NCBI GenBank assembly: GCA_024278835.1
Contig: JAJRSK010000064.1
Coordinates: 19,101-83,100, forward strand
DNA length: 64,000 bases
Direction: 5' to 3'
DNA from: Campylobacterales bacterium
Lineage (GTDB): Bacteria; Campylobacterota; Campylobacteria; Campylobacterales; QNZT01
The position numbers were made by a program, and so were the translations under genes. Under the pieces are notes generated by a model that did no database searches, was not told the DNA's origin, and worked only from the letters and a program-made list of their open reading frames with translations. The first letter of the stretch is position 1; each line of letters begins with the position of its first letter. Positions 1 through 9,233 of this stretch are shown here, piece by piece.

Positions 1-2
1 CA

Positions 3-269
3 GCAGTGCAGGTGAAAGAAGACAAACAACTAGAAAATACTTCTCTTTCTTCTTTTGAAATTCCCGCAGGTGTCTATGCGAGATTTGATGTGAAAGGTGC
101 CTATGGTGATATCCTCAAACTCATCCAATGGGCGTATCATTCGTGGCTACCTGAGAGTGGTTATGAGACGACTACCGCACCCTCTTATACGGTGTTTGTA
201 AAAAACCATTTTTTAGCAGAGGATGCGCAGTTTGATGTGCAGTACTTTTTACCTGTTAGGTTAGTCTAA
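3..269 (+). CDS. GyrI-like (AraC-effector-binding fold) small-molecule-binding protein, C-terminal fragment; the 5' end lies outside the window
   Basis: The ORF is open to the window edge. The C-terminal pattern FEIPAGVYARFDVKG...WLPESGYE...YFLPV is typical of GyrI-like/SbmC-type domains. Confidence 0.5.
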   Translation, partial: AVQVKEDKQLENTSLSSFEIPAGVYARFDVKGAYGDILKLIQWAYHSWLPESGYETTTAPSYTVFVKNHFLAEDAQFDVQYFLPVRLV

Positions 270-349
270 GTAAAACAACACTGAGCAATGTTAAGCACTA
301 ATATTATAGTATACTAAAATATTTTATATCTATAAACTTTTAGGATGCT

Positions 350-973
350 ATGATGTCACAGACAAAACTTTCTCTTAGAGAGAAAAAGTACGCCACTCTC
401 AAACTAAAAATCCTAGATACCTTCAAAGAGAAACTAAAAAAGAAATCTCTAGCAGATATAGCTGTTAAAGAAATAGCCCATGAACTAGAGATTTCTGAGA
501 TGACATTTTTTAATTACTTTAGGAGTAAAAAAGAAGTATTGATTTATTTTATAGAGCTTTGGAATCTAGAGATGCAATGCAATATCGACCAAGCCACGCC
601 AAAAGAATCGCTCTATATCATCTTTGAAGCGACAGCTATCATGATAGAAGACAATCCCAATCTTTTTTTAGAGATAGTTGCTTCTCTCGCCTTGCATGGT
701 GTTTCTAAAAAAGATATATCCATCAGTAAAGCTGAGAGAATCTTGCATTTTGGTAGTGATATAAAGTACAAAGTGGGCGGCTTTAGAGAGTTACTCATGC
801 CACTACTTGAGAAGATAAATATAAAAGAAGAGAAACAACTTTTAGTCTATATGCTACTACACAACATCTGTTTTTCAACACCTCTTTTGATGAATTCTGA
901 AGGGTTTGGAAGTTTGAAAGAGCGTTATTTTGAGCAGATAGATTATATTTTAAAAAGGACTGGTGATGAATAA
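350..973 (+). CDS. TetR/AcrR family transcriptional regulator
   Basis: N-terminal HTH (IAVKEIAHELEISEMTFFNYFRSKKEVL). About 200 aa and all-helical. It overlaps the downstream thioesterase gene by 11 nt. Confidence 0.75.
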   Translation: MMSQTKLSLREKKYATLKLKILDTFKEKLKKKSLADIAVKEIAHELEISEMTFFNYFRSKKEVLIYFIELWNLEMQCNIDQATPKESLYIIFEATAIMIEDNPNLFLEIVASLALHGVSKKDISISKAERILHFGSDIKYKVGGFRELLMPLLEKINIKEEKQLLVYMLLHNICFSTPLLMNSEGFGSLKERYFEQIDYILKRTGDE

Positions 974-1733
974 TTATTTTGAGCAAGAATTTGATCTAAG
1001 ATACTATGAGATGGACAATGTAGCACATGCTACACCTGTCACTATCTTGACACTACTTCAAGAGACTGCAGCAGATCACTGTTTATCTGCGGGGCATAGT
1101 TTGTTTGACCTTGTAGATAACAATCTTGGGTGGGTACTTCTCTCAGGCATGATGCAGATGGAGAGATATCCATCCTATAAAGAGAAGATAACGATAAGAA
1201 CATGGATTTCAAAATATCACTCCATTAGAGGAATACGAGAAAATCTTATCTATGATGAAGAGGGTACTATCATCGGCCGAGCCAAAGGTCTATGGCTTTT
1301 TTATGATATAGAAAGACGAAGACCCACAAAGATTCTTAGTGATTTTAAAGAGACTTGGTCTTGGGATGAAACACAATCTATCAGTTGCGATATCATGAAA
1401 AAACTTGAATCGATAGAATGTGCCGCAGATGCTAAAGAGTTCAAAGTAAATATGTATGATACTGACACAAATAAGCATGTCAACAATATCCGTTATTTAC
1501 AATGGGTTATGGAGTCAGTTCCTGAGGAGATTTTAGAGAACTACTATTTGCATACTATCGATGGTCGATTTATCTCTGAAGCACAGTATGGTGATACCAT
1601 CGTATCTTCTATAAAACAAGGAATCGAGGAAAACAGTTTTTTGCATGCCATACATTTAAAAGGAACTGACAAGTTGTGTGCTTTAGCAGAAACAATATGG
1701 AGAAAAAAGAAAAATGATCTCTTCTGCCAATAG
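963..1733 (+). CDS. acyl-ACP thioesterase family protein
   Basis: 256 aa. A double hot-dog layout: YYEMDNVAHATPVTILTLLQETAADH at the N-terminus and a second half with MYDTDTNKHVNNIRYLQW. Confidence 0.7.
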   Translation: MMNNYFEQEFDLRYYEMDNVAHATPVTILTLLQETAADHCLSAGHSLFDLVDNNLGWVLLSGMMQMERYPSYKEKITIRTWISKYHSIRGIRENLIYDEEGTIIGRAKGLWLFYDIERRRPTKILSDFKETWSWDETQSISCDIMKKLESIECAADAKEFKVNMYDTDTNKHVNNIRYLQWVMESVPEEILENYYLHTIDGRFISEAQYGDTIVSSIKQGIEENSFLHAIHLKGTDKLCALAETIWRKKKNDLFCQ

Positions 1734-1766
1734 AAAAAGTTCTATAAAGAATAAAGAGAGAAAAGT

Positions 1767-2156
1767 ATGATTTTAATCCTTCTGTTAATGGTACTTGCAC
1801 TGCTACACTTTTATTGGGCGCTGGGTGGGAAACATGGCCTTGATAAAGCGTTGCCTGCAGATGAAAATAGCAATAGATTACTCAATCCTAGTCCACTGCT
1901 GAGCCTCATCGTTGGTTTAGTTTTACTAAGTTTTACATATATAGCTTATAAGCTTCATATTGGGGAAACATTGTCAATTATTGTAAATGCAGGATATGGA
2001 CTCTCAGCACTTTTTTTCTTACGCGTAATCGGAGATTTTAGAACTGTAGGATTATTTAAAAAAGTGAAAAATACAGAGTTTGCAACATATGATACTTGGC
2101 TATATATACCTCTGTGTCTATTTATTGCGATTAATTTTTTACAATTAGTACTTTAG
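1767..2156 (+). CDS. DUF3995-like small integral membrane protein
   Basis: About four predicted TM helices. The N-terminal LHFYWALGG motif is characteristic of DUF3995. Confidence 0.55.
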   Translation: MILILLLMVLALLHFYWALGGKHGLDKALPADENSNRLLNPSPLLSLIVGLVLLSFTYIAYKLHIGETLSIIVNAGYGLSALFFLRVIGDFRTVGLFKKVKNTEFATYDTWLYIPLCLFIAINFLQLVL

Positions 2157-2193
2157 TCTATATAGTTATCATATCAAAAAAAGTAGGAATATA

Positions 2194-2871
2194 ATGAAAA
2201 GAGTACTTATCACAGGTGGCAACAAAGGTATAGGCTTAGCATTGACTAAAATGTTTGTAGATTTAGAGTATGAAGTCGTTGTTATCGCGCGTGATTTTGC
2301 AGGATTTGTCTATGCGGAGAAAGTCACCTGTATCGAGTATGATTTAACAGATGTAGCAAATATCCCAAAACTTATCTCTTCTATTGGTCAAGTGGATATT
2401 CTTATCAATAATGCAGGGGTGATGTACTCCTTGCCTTTTGATAGTTACCCATCCGAAAAAGTGCAAACTATACTCAACCTCAACCTCGAAGCACCGATAA
2501 AACTGATAGAAGAGTGTTGCAAACTTGGTACAACGCGTGTGGTGAACAATGCTTCTATCGCTGGTGAGATAGGACATCCAGATATCTGGTATGGTGTGAC
2601 AAAAGCAGGAATCATCAATGCCACAAAAAGTTTTTCTAAGGTATTTCAAGGAAAGGTTATTATCAATGCTATAGCAGCAAGTCCTGTGGAGACAGATATG
2701 TTAGAGACGATACCATTAGAGAGAAGAGAAGCATTTTTAAAGACAGTCATCTCCGGGCGTTTTGCCACAGCTGAAGAAGTTGCAAAAACGATGCTTTGGT
2801 TAGCCACAGAATCACCCGAATATATCAATGGCACGACGATAGATATCAATAATGGCTCATATCCTAGATAA
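2194..2871 (+). CDS. SDR family NAD(P)-dependent oxidoreductase
   Basis: TGGNKGIG glycine-rich dinucleotide motif, NNAG motif and Y-x3-K (YGVTK) catalytic motif. Confidence 0.85.
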   Translation: MKRVLITGGNKGIGLALTKMFVDLEYEVVVIARDFAGFVYAEKVTCIEYDLTDVANIPKLISSIGQVDILINNAGVMYSLPFDSYPSEKVQTILNLNLEAPIKLIEECCKLGTTRVVNNASIAGEIGHPDIWYGVTKAGIINATKSFSKVFQGKVIINAIAASPVETDMLETIPLERREAFLKTVISGRFATAEEVAKTMLWLATESPEYINGTTIDINNGSYPR

Positions 2872-4243
2872 TAAGAGCCTTCTTCCAAACCACCGAAAAT
2901 ACTTCCACAGCCTCCGCAATCCCCTCTTCACTAAACCCACCAAATCCCATCCGTATCGCTTCAAACTCTCCACCACAACGCTCTTTTGCAAAGTAGAGTT
3001 TGATGCTTTTTTCTTTTGCTAAAGTTTTGAATTTTTCCCAGTCAAACGCTAGGGTAGGATTTATGAGTATCGCCAGTCCACCACCTTGTGAAACTATCTC
3101 CATTGTATCGCCTAAGAGTCTTTTGAGTTCATTCCTCATGAGATTATGTTTTTTCTTGTTTAGTATTCGAATTTTACGCACATGTCTATCCCAGTGTCCC
3201 TGTGCCATAAAGTGTTCTAGTGTCTTCTGTGTAATCAGTGAGACTTTGGGAAAATAGAAATCAAAACTATCATGATAGCCTGCTAAGAGATGCTTGGGTA
3301 AGACCATATAACTCACTCTTATCGCAGGTGAGAGAGACTTGGAAAATGTTCCCATGTAGATAACGCTATCATACTTATCTAAGCCTTGAAGTGCGGGAAT
3401 AGGGCGGTTTTCATAAGAGAGTTCGCTGTCATAGTCATCTTCTATGATGAGTCCATTGATGCTTTGGATATGCTCTAATAAAGAGAGACGATTTGCTATG
3501 GGCATGGCTACGCCTGTAGGGTATTGGTGGGAGGGAGTGATATAGACGATTTGGGCAGGTGAATCTTTGAGTGCATCTATCACGATACCTTTCTCATTGA
3601 CCTCTATCTTTTCTATCTCATATCCATACTCTTCAAAAGCTCTTCTTGCGACATGGTATCCTGGGCTTTCCATGCCTAGTATTTGATACTTATCTTTAAC
3701 AAGTTTTGCTAAAAGCCCCATTGACTCTCCGAAGCCACTTGTGATAACTATCTGTTTTGCATGACATCTTACCCCTCGTGAATCGATGAGATAAGAGGCA
3801 ATCTGCTCTCTTAACCCCTCTTCTCCTTGTCCATCATGATAAGCCCCAAAGTCCAGTGACTCGTCTATCACTTTTGTATAGATTCTTTTCCAAAGCTTGA
3901 GAGGAAAAGAGTCTTTAGAGAGTTGAGCTGGAAAAAAATCATAGCGATATATCTTTTTCTCTTCTTTGGATGTTTGAGAAAGTTTTTCACCTGCTTTAAA
4001 CCCATCAAAGTACATATCTGTGACAAAGTATCCTCTCTTTGGACGACTCTCGATATAGCCCTCTGCATAAAGTTGGTTGTAGCTGGACGCAACGGTATTT
4101 TTACTGAGGTTGTAAAGTGTGGCTATCTTTCGTATAGAGGGGAGTTTTTGCCCTACGGAAAAGTTGCTAATGATATCTTCTTTGAGGGCTTGGTAAAGTT
4201 GGATATGTAGTGGTGTGCTACTTTTTTCATCGATTAGATACAA
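2864..4243 (-). CDS. MocR/PdxR-like regulator (GntR-type wHTH fused to a PLP-dependent aminotransferase-fold domain)
   Basis: 459 aa. N-terminal GntR HTH (LPSIRKIATLYNLSKNTVASSYNQLYAEGYIESRPKRGYFV). The C-terminal fold-type-I aminotransferase region contains the FSKSLSPAIRVSY lysine motif. Confidence 0.8.
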   Translation of the reverse strand: MYLIDEKSSTPLHIQLYQALKEDIISNFSVGQKLPSIRKIATLYNLSKNTVASSYNQLYAEGYIESRPKRGYFVTDMYFDGFKAGEKLSQTSKEEKKIYRYDFFPAQLSKDSFPLKLWKRIYTKVIDESLDFGAYHDGQGEEGLREQIASYLIDSRGVRCHAKQIVITSGFGESMGLLAKLVKDKYQILGMESPGYHVARRAFEEYGYEIEKIEVNEKGIVIDALKDSPAQIVYITPSHQYPTGVAMPIANRLSLLEHIQSINGLIIEDDYDSELSYENRPIPALQGLDKYDSVIYMGTFSKSLSPAIRVSYMVLPKHLLAGYHDSFDFYFPKVSLITQKTLEHFMAQGHWDRHVRKIRILNKKKHNLMRNELKRLLGDTMEIVSQGGGLAILINPTLAFDWEKFKTLAKEKSIKLYFAKERCGGEFEAIRMGFGGFSEEGIAEAVEVFSVVWKKALII

Positions 4244-4272
4244 ACTGTCCCCTTTATATTTAAATATTTTGG

Positions 4273-4294
4273 CACTTTACAGAAGTACACTTTA
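4273..4294. promoter_or_regulatory. candidate MocR/PdxR operator: direct repeat CACTTTA-N8-CACTTTA (reverse complement TAAAGTG) in the divergent promoter region
   Basis: Exact 7-mer copies lie at 4273-4279 and 4288-4294. The site sits between the divergent MocR-like and PNPOx-like genes. A TATAAT box follows at 4299-4304. Confidence 0.35.
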
Positions 4295-4329
4295 GGCGTA
4301 TAATAGCAGAAAATGTAAAAAGGAAAACC

Positions 4330-4923
4330 ATGAAACAGATTTTTGAGATAAGAGACAAAGAACAAATTGATGCACTTTTAGACTCCATCGAGTATGGCAC
4401 ACTCGCCATCTGTTTAGATAACAAGCCTTATAGTTTACCACTCAACTTTGTACGAGTTGGCGAAGAGATTTATTTTCATGGCTCAAAGTCCGGACGAAAG
4501 ATAAAGATACTTCAACAAAACAGCCAAACTTCTTTTTCAGTCGTAGAGGCTCACGCGATGATACAATCCTACTTTAGCACGACCGAGGGGCTTGCCTGCC
4601 CTGCGACACAGTTTTTCAAATCTATCATGATAGAGGGAGAGATAGCCTTTGTGGAGGCATATGAGGAGAAGGTAAAAGCCCTTAGCGCTTTGATGGAGAA
4701 ACTTCAACCAGAAGGAAAGTATAGACCTTTAAGTGAGCAAGCGTATCAAAAAGCTATCAACGCGACTACGGTCTATAAACTTATCCCAACAGAGGTGAGA
4801 GCCAAGTATAAGTTTGGACAACATATCAGCGATGAACGCTTTGAGATGATACTTACGCATTTAGAGCAAAGAGCTAGCAAGATTGATAAAGAGACTGCCA
4901 TGCAGATGAAGGAGTTAAGATGA
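4330..4923 (+). CDS. pyridoxamine 5'-phosphate oxidase family (FMN-binding split-barrel) protein
   Basis: 197 aa. The pattern GTLAICLDNKPYSLPLNFVRVGEEIYFHGSKSGRK is typical of Pyridox_ox_2/NimA-like proteins. It is transcribed divergently from the MocR-like regulator. Confidence 0.65.
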   Translation: MKQIFEIRDKEQIDALLDSIEYGTLAICLDNKPYSLPLNFVRVGEEIYFHGSKSGRKIKILQQNSQTSFSVVEAHAMIQSYFSTTEGLACPATQFFKSIMIEGEIAFVEAYEEKVKALSALMEKLQPEGKYRPLSEQAYQKAINATTVYKLIPTEVRAKYKFGQHISDERFEMILTHLEQRASKIDKETAMQMKELR

Positions 4924-5483
4924 GACTAAAAATAGCTGAGCTTTCAGACATAGAAGCCACGCTAAAACTACACGCCAAGTACCAAATAGACAGCATAAAA
5001 GAAGAGGATAAAAAAGATGGCTTTGTTACCACACCCTTTACTAAAGAGGAGCTAACCGCACTCATCGAAAAAGAACAGGGGCTTTTTATTGCAAAGGATG
5101 GGGATGAAGTAGTGGCGTATGTGATGGCTGCTTCTTGGGAGTTTTGGTCAAAGTGGGTGATGTTTGCTCATATGATAAAAGATTTGCCAAACTTGGAGTA
5201 TCTAGGAGAGAGACTAAGTGTGCAAAACTCATATCAGTATGGACCTATCTGCATCGACAAACGATATCGGGGAGGGAAGCTTTTAAAAGAGATATTTGAC
5301 TTTTCTAGGGAGCATATGCATAAGCGTTTCCCTGTCTTGGTAACCTTTGTCAACAAGATAAATCCACGTTCGTTTGAAGCACACAAGCGAAAACTAGGAT
5401 TAAAAGTGATACAGGAGTTTGAGTTTAATAACAACCACTATTATGAGATGGTGTATGATGCCTCCATGCCATTATCATTATAG
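4920..5483 (+). CDS. GNAT family N-acetyltransferase
   Basis: 187 aa with the acetyl-CoA-binding-type segment ICIDKRYRGGKLLKEIF. Its start overlaps the upstream stop by 4 nt (ATGA). Confidence 0.6.
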   Translation: MRLKIAELSDIEATLKLHAKYQIDSIKEEDKKDGFVTTPFTKEELTALIEKEQGLFIAKDGDEVVAYVMAASWEFWSKWVMFAHMIKDLPNLEYLGERLSVQNSYQYGPICIDKRYRGGKLLKEIFDFSREHMHKRFPVLVTFVNKINPRSFEAHKRKLGLKVIQEFEFNNNHYYEMVYDASMPLSL

Positions 5484-5505
5484 AATCCTTTAGTAAGTAT
5501 AACAT

Positions 5506-5721
5506 ATGCAGATGAGGCAAGAGCATTGGGTGTCGACACCAGTACTCATTACCCCTGTTTCAAGACAGTATACAAATGATAATTCATATGCGGGGTACCA
5601 AGAAACAGTCATATCTTTAGTAGAAGATGAAAATGTTCTTTTACTAGACTTTCGTTTGAAAAGCTATACAGTTTTTCACTCTTATGAAAGCCATACAGCA
5701 GTACAGGAAGCGTTCGGATAG
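5506..5721 (+). CDS. hypothetical ORF, doubtful
   Basis: I recognise no motif. The frame continues after an in-frame TAG to a TAA at 5836-5838, so this may be a gene remnant. Confidence 0.15.
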   Translation: MQMRQEHWVSTPVLITPVSRQYTNDNSYAGYQETVISLVEDENVLLLDFRLKSYTVFHSYESHTAVQEAFG

Positions 5722-5894
5722 GATGACTATACACACTTCAACCTAGAAGATGCCTATACTATGGCAAGTTGGGCAAAGGAACTCATTTGTCGTTCATCAG
5801 ATCAAGGACTTTGTAATCAATTTCAGCCATATAAATAACAATAAGAGGTTATGATTCCTCCTATTGTTATAAAATATTTACCTTCTGTTGTTAT

Positions 5895-6524
5895 TTAGTC
5901 TATAAACTCCACTACTTCATCAAATAACACTCTAAGTTGAGAGGACTGTTCGTTGAGTCGATATCCAAATGGCACGATGACGGAAACTTGCCATTTGGAT
6001 CTATCTAGTCCTAAGGTCTCTTCAACTTTTTCTTTCTCAAAACCTTCTATCGGGCAGGAGTCTATACCTATATAGGCAGCGGCTGTCATCATGTTTGCTA
6101 GGGCAATGTAAGTCTGTTTGCTTGTCCAATGGTAGATATTTTCATCTGTACTTAGTGTTTTTGAGAGGTGGTTTGTGTAGAGTTCTATATACGCTACTTT
6201 TTGTTCATCAGAGAGGGGGCGTCTAGCAAATCTTTTAAGTGGTACACCAGAGCTTGGCTTGACATTTTCTATCGCAGCTAAGATAACGACTAGATGAGAG
6301 CAGGACGTTATTTGCACTTGATTCCAGCAGTCTGGACGGAGTTTTACCTTTAAGGCTTCATTGGTGATGACTAAAAACTTCCAGCCCTCCATCCCAAAAA
6401 AAGAGGGAGATTGCCGCCCTGCTTCTAGGATAAAATGCATCTGTTCATCAGATATGGTTTTATCCTCGTCAAATACTTTACATGCATGTCTAAATGCCAT
6501 AGCTTTGCTAAAATCGTTATTCAT
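5895..6524 (-). CDS. NAD(P)H-dependent nitroreductase family protein
   Basis: 209 aa. RHACKVFDEDKTISDEQMHFILEAGRQSPSFFGMEGWKF matches the nitroreductase-fold N-terminal signature. Confidence 0.8.
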   Translation of the reverse strand: MNNDFSKAMAFRHACKVFDEDKTISDEQMHFILEAGRQSPSFFGMEGWKFLVITNEALKVKLRPDCWNQVQITSCSHLVVILAAIENVKPSSGVPLKRFARRPLSDEQKVAYIELYTNHLSKTLSTDENIYHWTSKQTYIALANMMTAAAYIGIDSCPIEGFEKEKVEETLGLDRSKWQVSVIVPFGYRLNEQSSQLRVLFDEVVEFID

Positions 6525-6628
6525 AAGAGTCCTTTATAGGGTTTAATGTTGATACTTTATCATTTACCTGCTTGACAAATCAAGATAAATCTACTACACT
6601 TCCAGCAAATAAAAATAGGAGAGCAAAA

Positions 6629-6706
6629 ATGAAAACATCATTTACTACATATTTCAACACAAGAAATACTGCACTCCTTCTCTTCTTTCTACTGCTTAGT
6701 CTCTAA
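6629..6706 (+). CDS. candidate 25-aa hydrophobic small protein (MKTSFTTYFNTRNTALLLFFLLLSL)
   Basis: A strong SD (TAGGAGAG) lies 6-7 nt upstream of the ATG. The ORF is intergenic and below the ORF-track size cut-off. Confidence 0.25.
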   Translation: MKTSFTTYFNTRNTALLLFFLLLSL

Positions 6707-6813
6707 GCAAAAAATCATAATTTTATAGATTCCTTGATTGGATGACCACACATAAGCTGGCTGTTAGGATAGTTCTATCCTTTTTCAACAGAAAAATAAT
6801 AAAGAAGATAAAA

Positions 6814-7572
6814 ATGAAAACAGAAGAGACAAACAAATGGAATGCAGAAGAATATAACAAACATACAGGATTTGTATCAGCATTGGCATTGCCTGTTGTG
6901 GATTTGTTGGCACCAAAACATGGTGAGAAGATATTGGATGCAGGCTGTGGTGATGGTACGCTTGGGGTAGAGATAGAAAAGAGTGGGGCAAAAGTTATTG
7001 GTGTAGATTTAAGTCCTGAAATGATAAGCGCTTGTAAAATAAAGGGGATAGAAGCTTATGTTGGTTCTGTGAGTGAGTTACCCTATCATGATAGCTTCGA
7101 TGCTGTTTTTTCAAACGCGACATTACATTGGGTCAAAGATGCCAACAGTGCTGTAAAAAGTATTGCAACTTCACTAAAAAGTGGAGCTAGATTTGTCTGT
7201 GAATTTGGTGGTGAAGGAAATGTTCAAGCAGTAGTAAGTGCGATGCAACAAGTGTATGACAAACATGAAGATTTTGGTACATTTAACAATCCTTGGTATT
7301 TTCCAAGTGTCAGGGAGTATAAAACACTTTTAGTATCCCACGGATTTACAGTAGCGTATATAGAACTAATCCCAAGACCAACACCTATGGATGATATAAA
7401 AAACTGGCTTGAGATTTTTGCTAATGGTATTACAAAAGAATTAACGCACAAACAAAGAAAAATTTTTATCTCTGAGTGCGAAGAGATACTTCGACCAAGC
7501 TTGTATACAGATAAAGAAGGGTGGGTTATAGATTATGTTCGCTTGCGAGTAAAAGCGATAGTGCATAAATAA
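6814..7572 (+). CDS. class I SAM-dependent methyltransferase (trans-aconitate methyltransferase-like)
   Basis: Motif I is ILDAGCGDGTLG. The family-typical N-terminus is WNAEEYNKHTGFV. I prefer the internal ATG at 6814 over the track start at 6742. Confidence 0.75.
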   Translation: MKTEETNKWNAEEYNKHTGFVSALALPVVDLLAPKHGEKILDAGCGDGTLGVEIEKSGAKVIGVDLSPEMISACKIKGIEAYVGSVSELPYHDSFDAVFSNATLHWVKDANSAVKSIATSLKSGARFVCEFGGEGNVQAVVSAMQQVYDKHEDFGTFNNPWYFPSVREYKTLLVSHGFTVAYIELIPRPTPMDDIKNWLEIFANGITKELTHKQRKIFISECEEILRPSLYTDKEGWVIDYVRLRVKAIVHK

Positions 7573-7645
7573 TTTTATCTTCATGCAATCTTGACAAATT
7601 CTTCATATACTCCATTTTGAAAATAAAACAAGATGGAGAAACAAT

Positions 7646-7940
7646 ATGAAACAACTAACAAAAATAGCAATCGCAGGTGCAGCATGTATGGTATTGAAGC
7701 ATAGAGGCAGGTAAAACTAGATTTGCTGGGTGTGCCACTTGTCATGGGGTGGATGGACTGACGAAAGCATTTGGTATCAGTATCAAGATTGGTGAGTTAG
7801 ATGATGCTACAAACGTTGAAACACTGCTAAACTTTATGAAAAATGATGGCACAGGTAAAAACTCTACAATGGTTGGTATCGCAAAAAATTTATCCGAAGA
7901 TGAGATAAAGAATTTGAGTGCCTATATCGGAACGTTGTAA
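7646..7940 (+). pseudogene. monoheme class I cytochrome c (c553-like), apparently frameshifted near 7693-7700
   Basis: A signal-peptide-like start (MKQLTKIAIAGAACMVL) in one frame ends at a TAA. The heme motif CATCH (7731-7745) and a distal Met segment (STMVGIA) continue in another frame to 7940. Confidence 0.6.
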
Positions 7941-7950
7941 GGAGCCTATC

Positions 7951-8706
7951 ATGATAAGAGTATTTCAACTTGGATTGGCGACACTACTTTTAAGCACGAG
8001 TGCGATAGCGTATGAAGCAGGACAGTTAAGCTTGGATGTTCCCAATGTTTTAAACAAAGGTGAGGGATCATTTACGATTCGTCACCGATTTTTTGGAAAA
8101 GCAGATGATACAGAAAAGTTTTTGGGGACGGATGATGGAGGCAATATTCACTTTATCCTCAAATATACCATGCTGGATAATCTACTTGTGAGCGTTGATC
8201 ATACGAGAGACCAGAGTGGCTATGGTGTGGGTATAGAGTATGGAGAGGATTTAAAAGCGTTTGGTAGTGTTGGGGTTCGTTTCAATAGTTTTAGTATTGA
8301 TGATGTGAGTTTTGATGCGCGACAACAAAGTTATTTTTTTAACACTTCTTATCAGACACCCAATATCAATGAACATGTACGACTGACTGCCAATGTCGGC
8401 TATGATGCTTACTATGAACATACCACTGCAGGAGTGGGGATAGATATCAATATGAAAAATACTCTTTCCTGGTTGACATTTACAGAGAATCTTTCACTTT
8501 TAGGGGAGTATTATCCTCAGATAGATAAAGTAGATGGTATCAGTGGCAAAAATGATGCTTATGCAATGGGTGTCAAGTTTCAAACATTTGGACATCACTT
8601 TGAAGTTTTACTCAGCAATAGCACCAATATGGATGCAAGGATGATGGCACTAGGTACAAATAGCGACGACCTGCATTTTGGGTTCAATATCAATAGAAAA
8701 TTTTAA
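7951..8706 (+). CDS. exported beta-barrel-like protein of unknown function
   Basis: Signal peptide MIRVFQLGLATLLLSTSAIA after an AAGGAG SD. Alternating beta-strand pattern with a C-terminal ...INRKF. The ATG lies inside a palindrome copy. Confidence 0.5.
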   Translation: MIRVFQLGLATLLLSTSAIAYEAGQLSLDVPNVLNKGEGSFTIRHRFFGKADDTEKFLGTDDGGNIHFILKYTMLDNLLVSVDHTRDQSGYGVGIEYGEDLKAFGSVGVRFNSFSIDDVSFDARQQSYFFNTSYQTPNINEHVRLTANVGYDAYYEHTTAGVGIDINMKNTLSWLTFTENLSLLGEYYPQIDKVDGISGKNDAYAMGVKFQTFGHHFEVLLSNSTNMDARMMALGTNSDDLHFGFNINRKF

Positions 8707-8720
8707 AAGGGACTATCTTG

Positions 8721-9233
8721 ATGAAAAAAATTACAACTATTTCCTTGCTTTGTGTAAACTTAGCTTTTGCAGGAAATATCACAACATTACCGCATTTAAC
8801 CATGCCAGACAACAACTTGACATTTGAGATGATAAAAGGGTATCAAGACTACAAGATAGTCGCCACACACTTTAGAACTGATAAAAATGAGTTACGATAC
8901 ATATTGGCAAATGAGATAGGATATAATGCTTTAAAAGAAAAAGAAAAAGTGATGCCTGGGGGCTCTAAAATAGTAAAGATAGGTTGGTCAGTCAAAAAGA
9001 TGCCTTCCTTTCCTACGGCACTTGAAGCAGATAAAATTCAAAGAGTGGAATATATGATAAAAGATTCTAAAAAATTTGATGCCGATGGGGATCACTGGGG
9101 ATATGCTAGATTTATCAAAAAGAACGGTAAGTTTGAGAGTTGGGATAAAGGGGTGCAAAGTTGTATCAGCTGTCATAGTGGTGTAAAGAAAAGTGATTAT
9201 CTCTTTACAAAGATGCAGGCAACATTTGAATAG
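8721..9233 (+). CDS. cytochrome P460 family protein
   Basis: About 170 aa, with a signal peptide and a single CXXCH (CISCH) close to the C-terminus, as in cytochrome P460. Confidence 0.6.
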   Translation: MKKITTISLLCVNLAFAGNITTLPHLTMPDNNLTFEMIKGYQDYKIVATHFRTDKNELRYILANEIGYNALKEKEKVMPGGSKIVKIGWSVKKMPSFPTALEADKIQRVEYMIKDSKKFDADGDHWGYARFIKKNGKFESWDKGVQSCISCHSGVKKSDYLFTKMQATFE

